From positions 32,001 to 96,000 of the forward strand of contig QCDI01000001.1 of the NCBI GenBank assembly GCA_003280965.1: a stretch of DNA of 64,000 bases. Direction: 5' to 3'. The translations under genes were made by a program, and so were the position numbers. The stretch's first letter is position 1, and each line of letters opens with the position of its first letter. Below, in pieces: positions 59,940 through 64,000 of the stretch. This DNA comes from Prochlorococcus sp. AG-355-B18 (GTDB taxonomy: Bacteria; Cyanobacteriota; Cyanobacteriia; PCC-6307; Cyanobiaceae). The notes under the pieces are model-generated. The model was not told the origin of the DNA and did no database searches. It saw only the letters and a list, made by a program, of their open reading frames with translations.

Positions 59940-60949
59940 GTAATTCAAAGGAGGATAATAAAGAAAATGAGGCTAGACAGAATCATGTAAAAGAATATTT
60001 AAAAACTCTAGAACTTAGAGAAATTTATGGTGATCTTATCTCATCTTGCGTTGTAAGGAATATAAGAGTAGTTGGAGATTATTTATATTTGAAGTTATTT
60101 CTTGGATCAGATCAAATTAAATTAAAGGAAATAATTGAGAATAAACTAAAAATTTTTTCATGGGCGAAAAAAGTATATTTAGATCTCAAATTTATTAAAG
60201 GAGTTAAAAGGACAATTGCTATTGGTAGTGGTAAGGGTGGCGTAGGTAAATCTTCTGTAACTGTTGGCCTTGCTTTAAATTTAAAAAAAAGAGGTTTCAA
60301 AGTAGGTATTTTAGATGCCGATGTTTATGGACCTAATATCCCTAATATTGTTGGATTGAGTAAACAAGACGTATTGACTAAGGAGGAAAATGGAAAAGTT
60401 AAATTTATTGCATTAGATCATGAAGACTTGAAAATAATGTCTGTTGCAATGCTTGCAAAATCAAATCAATCACTTGCATGGAGAGGTCCGATATTAACAA
60501 GATTACTAAATCAGTTTTTGTATCAAGTTGATTGGGGTGAATTAGATTTCTTGCTTATCGATCTTCCTCCAGGTACTGGCGACACTCAGATAACTCTTCT
60601 TCAAGATAGTCCAATAGTTGGGGTGATTTTAGTTACTTTGCCAGGTTCATCATCTTATTCTGATTTAATAAGAACAACGTCTATGTATGAAAATTTTGGA
60701 ATGCCAATTTATGGATTGATTGAAAATATGTCTTTCTATAAATGCCCTTGCTGTTCTCATGAGGAAAAGTTATTTATGGACGAAACGATGCCAAATGAAA
60801 CCATTAAAAGTAAATACAGTCTTTTAACAAGTTTGCCCATTATCAATACTAAATTACGTATTGAGGGCATAAATCTATTTTTAAAAAAAGAAAATAGCAA
60901 GTATTTCGATAACGTATGTTCATTAATTGAGGAAAAGGCAAATTTTTAA
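59936..60949 (+). CDS. mrp: Mrp/ApbC/NBP35 Fe-S carrier ATPase
   Basis: SGKGGVGKS, DADVYGP, WRGP, DLPPGTGD, ENMSFYKCPCC. Confidence 0.88.
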   Translation: MSNSKEDNKENEARQNHVKEYLKTLELREIYGDLISSCVVRNIRVVGDYLYLKLFLGSDQIKLKEIIENKLKIFSWAKKVYLDLKFIKGVKRTIAIGSGKGGVGKSSVTVGLALNLKKRGFKVGILDADVYGPNIPNIVGLSKQDVLTKEENGKVKFIALDHEDLKIMSVAMLAKSNQSLAWRGPILTRLLNQFLYQVDWGELDFLLIDLPPGTGDTQITLLQDSPIVGVILVTLPGSSSYSDLIRTTSMYENFGMPIYGLIENMSFYKCPCCSHEEKLFMDETMPNETIKSKYSLLTSLPIINTKLRIEGINLFLKKENSKYFDNVCSLIEEKANF

Positions 60950-61100
60950 AATGATTAATTCTCTTCAATCAAAATTTAAATTAGTTTCAATAATATGGAT
61001 TTAAAAATAATGTATAGAATAGAAATTCAGTCACATCTTACCCAACTTAATATAAGAAAATTTAAAGTAATTTCAAGTGAATTTATCCTCTAAAAAAACT

Positions 61101-61439
61101 ATGAAAAAACTATTAATTCTTACTATCCTTTTAATTTCTTCTTGCAGTACTAAAGATGAACTATCCATTACTGATGAAAATAAATTATTTTCTGTAACTA
61201 AAGAAACTGCAGTTCTTGTTTGTGGAGGTAAATCAAGATTAATTGAAAGTAAAAATCAAGAAATAATCAAAGTAGAAATCAAGGATTCTTCGAGTACTGA
61301 AAAAGAAAAATTTGTTCAATTTACTGTTGTTGAAACTGATAGAAAAGGCGGCAAATATAGAATTGTCAATTGTTATCCAAATAAAGATCCTAAAAAATCG
61401 ATAGTAAAAACAATAACTACTAGTTACAAGCTAAATTAG
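61101..61439 (+). CDS. Hypothetical lipoprotein
   Basis: MKKLLILTILLISSC lipobox-like. Confidence 0.65.
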   Translation: MKKLLILTILLISSCSTKDELSITDENKLFSVTKETAVLVCGGKSRLIESKNQEIIKVEIKDSSSTEKEKFVQFTVVETDRKGGKYRIVNCYPNKDPKKSIVKTITTSYKLN

Positions 61440-61491
61440 TTCAATACGAAATGATGTAGTCATTTGATAATTGACAGTCTATCTCTTACGG

Positions 61492-61743
61492 CTATTTTTT
61501 AGCCCCTGTTTTAATAATATTTTTTCTTCTAAATTGAATATTTGCTGATATTTTTTCCGCCAAAGTTGGAAGATTTGGTGGCTCCAGCATAAGATAAACT
61601 CTTCCTGATTTTTCTAAATAAATATAGTCTTCTAATAAGTTTCTGTTGAGAAGTCGATAGATTGTTTTGGTGGATTTATAGCCTAATTTTTTTGCTGCAT
61701 GGCTAATCGTAAAAGCTTCAATTTCGAATGACTTTGGTTTCAT
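61492..61743 (-). CDS. Excisionase/MerR-like HTH DNA-binding protein
   Basis: FTISHAAKKLGYKSTKTIYRLL; likely ATG 61743. Confidence 0.6.
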   Translation of the reverse strand: MKPKSFEIEAFTISHAAKKLGYKSTKTIYRLLNRNLLEDYIYLEKSGRVYLMLEPPNLPTLAEKISANIQFRRKNIIKTGAKK

Positions 61744-62027
61744 AATATTCTGTTTGATTCCTATAAGTAGAGTATCCAAATCTCTTTAATCTTCTTTGAT
61801 GTAATTCCCAATTTTTAGTATTTATATCTGGGCTTTTAAGTTCCCTTTCATATTGAATAGTTCGATAACTCTTAACACCATTTTTTTTTTCTTAATGCAG
61901 AAGTAAACCCAATAACTGATAAAAAAAATATAAGTACTATTACAAATCCAACTGTACTTTCAATATCTATTTTGTCCTGATATTCCTCTAATGAACTTTT
62001 AGTAGTTGCTATAAAAATTTTTTTCAT
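61718..62027 (-). pseudogene. Frameshifted paralog of 36884-37174
   Basis: TM segment, +1 shift in T10 at 61881-61890, then PDINTKNWELHQRRLKRFGYSTY vs PDISTDNWDLHKLRLDKFKRSQY. Confidence 0.6.
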
Positions 62028-62036
62028 TTATATGAT

Positions 62037-62060
62037 CGGTGCAAGTAGTGAGCGTTTCAT
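62037..62060 (-). repeat. 5' half of junction element
   Basis: ATGAAACGCTCACTACTTGCACCG, 5 nt after the anti-sigma stop. Confidence 0.8.
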
Positions 62061-62065
62061 TTTAT

Positions 62066-62326
62066 TTAAAAATCATCAATAATATTTAAAGTTAGATAAT
62101 CATTTATTTGATCTACATTAACTAAATTTCTTGATGTCATTATTGAAGGAATAAAGACGCAAGTTATGATCAATGAAGCAAAAGTTAGTCCATATACTTT
62201 CGGTTTTAACCTAAAACCTTTTAGCCTTTTATGTAAAAAATCTAAGTTAAATTTTTTTGATTCTTGCTTATAAGAAAGTGCATTCTCAATCATTTGATTA
62301 AGACGTTCCTTTTTTAATTTAGACAT
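62066..62326 (-). CDS. Putative single-TM anti-sigma factor
   Basis: Overlaps sigma 3' end; basic N-terminal domain, one TM, short tail. Confidence 0.6.
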   Translation of the reverse strand: MSKLKKERLNQMIENALSYKQESKKFNLDFLHKRLKGFRLKPKVYGLTFASLIITCVFIPSIMTSRNLVNVDQINDYLTLNIIDDF

Positions 62327-62870
62327 ACAATAATTCCTCCAATAAATCCTTAGGCAAAATAGTTTTTAATTTTTTGCGAGCCCGTATAATTAGGCTTTCA
62401 GTAGCTTTTTCAGTTTTTTTTAAAATATTAGACACTTCCTTCTGTTTGTAACCACAAAAATAATGTAGCAGAATTGCTTCTTTTTGATGTGTAGGAAGTT
62501 TTTGAATATTATTCAATAGCATTTTTCTTAATTCATAATTACTGTTGTTATTTGTAATTTCTAGATTGGAATAATAATCTTTAAATTCATTGGAGCTTTT
62601 ATGTCTTCTTAGGAAATCCATACAAGTTGAAAACACTATCTTATAAACATATCCTTCAACACTTCCTTTATTTACCCAACGAGGAGCTGATTGCCAAATT
62701 TTAATTAAAGAAATTTGTACTACATCATCTGCATCGTCAAAATGCGTTGAACCCAAAAATTTAATTGCTGTTGCATGCATTTTGTATCCCAAAGCATTTG
62801 CTATAAAACGGAAGGATTCCTTATCACCCTTAGCAGTTTTAAGCATATAAGAGTTTAATTCCTCAGACAT
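62319..62870 (-). CDS. ECF (group 4) RNA polymerase sigma factor
   Basis: GDKESF, DADDVVQ...KIW (region 2); LPTHQKEAILLHYFCGYKQKEVSNIL...ESLIIRARKKL (region 4). Confidence 0.9.
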   Translation of the reverse strand: MSEELNSYMLKTAKGDKESFRFIANALGYKMHATAIKFLGSTHFDDADDVVQISLIKIWQSAPRWVNKGSVEGYVYKIVFSTCMDFLRRHKSSNEFKDYYSNLEITNNNSNYELRKMLLNNIQKLPTHQKEAILLHYFCGYKQKEVSNILKKTEKATESLIIRARKKLKTILPKDLLEELLYV

Positions 62871-62873
62871 TCT

Positions 62874-63173
62874 TTACTTCTCTTTATTCCTAAATTTTAA
62901 CCTTTTTCTTAATTCATACCTAAGTGCGCGTAATTCTTTTTTTGATAATTTACTATCAGCATTTTTATCAAAGTTTATAAATATTTTATCTATTCGAGCA
63001 CTATGAGCTGACATCATTTCGTCTTTTGAGAGAAGTCCATCTCCATTAGTATCTATCCTTTGAAAACGCCCACGCATCTTCATAAAATTATTCTTCTCAT
63101 AGATTGGATTGGCATAAGAGGGCAGTGCAATAAAAAAGCTCAATGCCAAAATTAAAATTGAAGAGTTTTTCAT
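62874..63173 (-). CDS. Secreted EF-hand protein
   Basis: Signal peptide; DTNGDGLLSKDE and DKNADSKLSKKE loops. Confidence 0.85.
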   Translation of the reverse strand: MKNSSILILALSFFIALPSYANPIYEKNNFMKMRGRFQRIDTNGDGLLSKDEMMSAHSARIDKIFINFDKNADSKLSKKELRALRYELRKRLKFRNKEK

Positions 63174-63199
63174 AAAGGTAATTAATATCTATAAATCAT

Positions 63200-63225
63200 T
63201 AACGCAAAAATTGATAAAATCCTTC
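63200..63225 (-). promoter_or_regulatory. Candidate ECF-dependent promoter
   Basis: GAAGGA-N15-CGTTA, 26 nt upstream of the EF-hand ATG. Confidence 0.5.
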
Positions 63226-63255
63226 GCGAAATCAATAAGGAGCTAAATGCATCTT

Positions 63256-63312
63256 ATTTTAGATCGACTGTCAATTGTAATTAATATAGCTGTGCAAGTA
63301 GTAAGCGTTTCA
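63256..63312 (-). repeat. Full ~55 bp junction element
   Basis: TGAAACGCTTACTACTTGCACAGCTATATTAATTACAATTGACAGTCGATCTAAAAT; first TGA is the upstream gene's stop. Confidence 0.9.
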
Positions 63313-63726
63313 TCTAGGAAGTATTCTATTTAATTCGGGATATTCAATTCTTAATTCTTCTATAAATGCATCAACGGTCTTTGATATCTCGTCAGTAGTA
63401 TTCAAAATAGAATTTTTATATTTTAGATATTCGGAAACTTGAAATAATTTCATAGTTGATTTTGTTAAAAGTAATGTTGCAAGAGGAGATTTATCTGCCA
63501 ATTTAGTTGAAGGAAAATATTTTATAGTTTCAGGATAAGTTTTTTCCATATCCTCAATATAGTCTTCTATCTTTTCATTTAATTCATCATATTTTGATGA
63601 TAAAAACTTTTTGGTATTTAAATATTCAAAACCTGCGAATAAAAAACCAATAGGAAAACTTAAAAATAATATTGAAAGAGAAAGCCTAAGAAGATTTTGG
63701 GAAAATTTTTCCATAGAAATAATCAA
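63310..63726 (-). CDS. Membrane-anchored hypothetical protein
   Basis: N-terminal TM; likely ATG 63714; bracketed by direct repeats. Confidence 0.65.
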   Translation of the reverse strand: MIISMEKFSQNLLRLSLSILFLSFPIGFLFAGFEYLNTKKFLSSKYDELNEKIEDYIEDMEKTYPETIKYFPSTKLADKSPLATLLLTKSTMKLFQVSEYLKYKNSILNTTDEISKTVDAFIEELRIEYPELNRILPR

Positions 63727-63822
63727 TTAAATTTATTTAAAACATATCAAGGTTAAAAGTAAGTAAAGCATGTAATATTTTTGCTTTCTTCTTCCGATCC
63801 ACTGAAATATTTAATTTTTATA

Positions 63823-63880
63823 ATTTCTATATCGACTGTCAATCGTATTTAATATAGCGGTGCAATTAGTAAGCGTTTCA
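63823..63880 (-). repeat. Full ~55 bp junction element
   Basis: 63831-63880 matches 63263-63312 at 46/50; first TGA is the upstream gene's stop. Confidence 0.9.
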
Positions 63881-64000
63881 GTTTTTATTGTTAACTAATC
63901 CATAGATACATAAAAGAGGATTCACTATCAAAACAATCCAGAAAGGAGGAGGGGGTCCTCCATCAACAATTGTCCCAGCGTTAAAAGTATTAAATAGAGC
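63878..64000 (-). CDS. Four-TM membrane protein (copy 2), 3' end only
   Basis: ALFNTFNAGTIVDGGPPPPFWIVLIVNPLLCIYGLVNNKN*; 38/40 aa identical to end of 52580-52975. Confidence 0.85.
   Translation of the reverse strand, partial: ALFNTFNAGTIVDGGPPPPFWIVLIVNPLLCIYGLVNNKN

Larger units (their letters stand above)
36414..64000. other. Genomic island (continues past window end)
   Basis: Switch after ychF to short ORFs, low coding density, hli genes, paralogs, pseudogenes and dispersed repeats. Confidence 0.85.

Noticed and set aside
40932..60300. ORFs 40932, 41580, 42377, 43344, 46043, 50889, 52618, 53444, 59513, 60112
   Set aside because: Overlap better-supported genes on the other strand or in another frame
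63256..63312. Junction element as a classical integron attC site
   Set aside because: No RYYYAAC/GTTRRRY ends, no element-wide hairpin, and no intI in the window
62037..63880. Junction repeats as a CRISPR array
   Set aside because: Spacers are whole genes of 0.5-1.2 kb, repeats are about 55 bp, and no cas genes are present

Overview
Low-GC cyanobacterial chromosome segment; gene content (Pcb antenna gene, hli cluster, psbDC, Yfr2-type sRNA, DUF1651/DUF3303/DUF2839 families) points to high-light Prochlorococcus. 1-8.8 kb is an iron-stress neighbourhood: isiB 3' end, a triply disrupted pcb/isiA-type antenna gene, glyQ, porin, PiuC-type hydroxylase and futA. At 8.9-10.8 kb, tRNA-Ser(CGA) carries a ~1.8 kb integrase-less insert bounded by a decayed copy of the tRNA 3' end and holding a secreted polysaccharide-lyase-like gene. 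11-36.4 kb is intact core genome (cobQ to ychF). From 36.4 kb to the end is a genomic island of small genes, hli genes, pseudogenes, a glutamine-type riboswitch and candidate sRNAs. The most notable signal is a ~55 bp junction element (TGAAACGCTTACTACTTGCAC...ATTGACAGTCGATCTAAAAT) found at island gene boundaries. It overlaps or abuts upstream stop codons and brackets a single gene and an EF-hand/ECF-sigma/anti-sigma module, which suggests a cassette-shuffling system. That mechanism is inferred; no recombinase gene was seen in the window. Family names come from motif recognition, not database searches.
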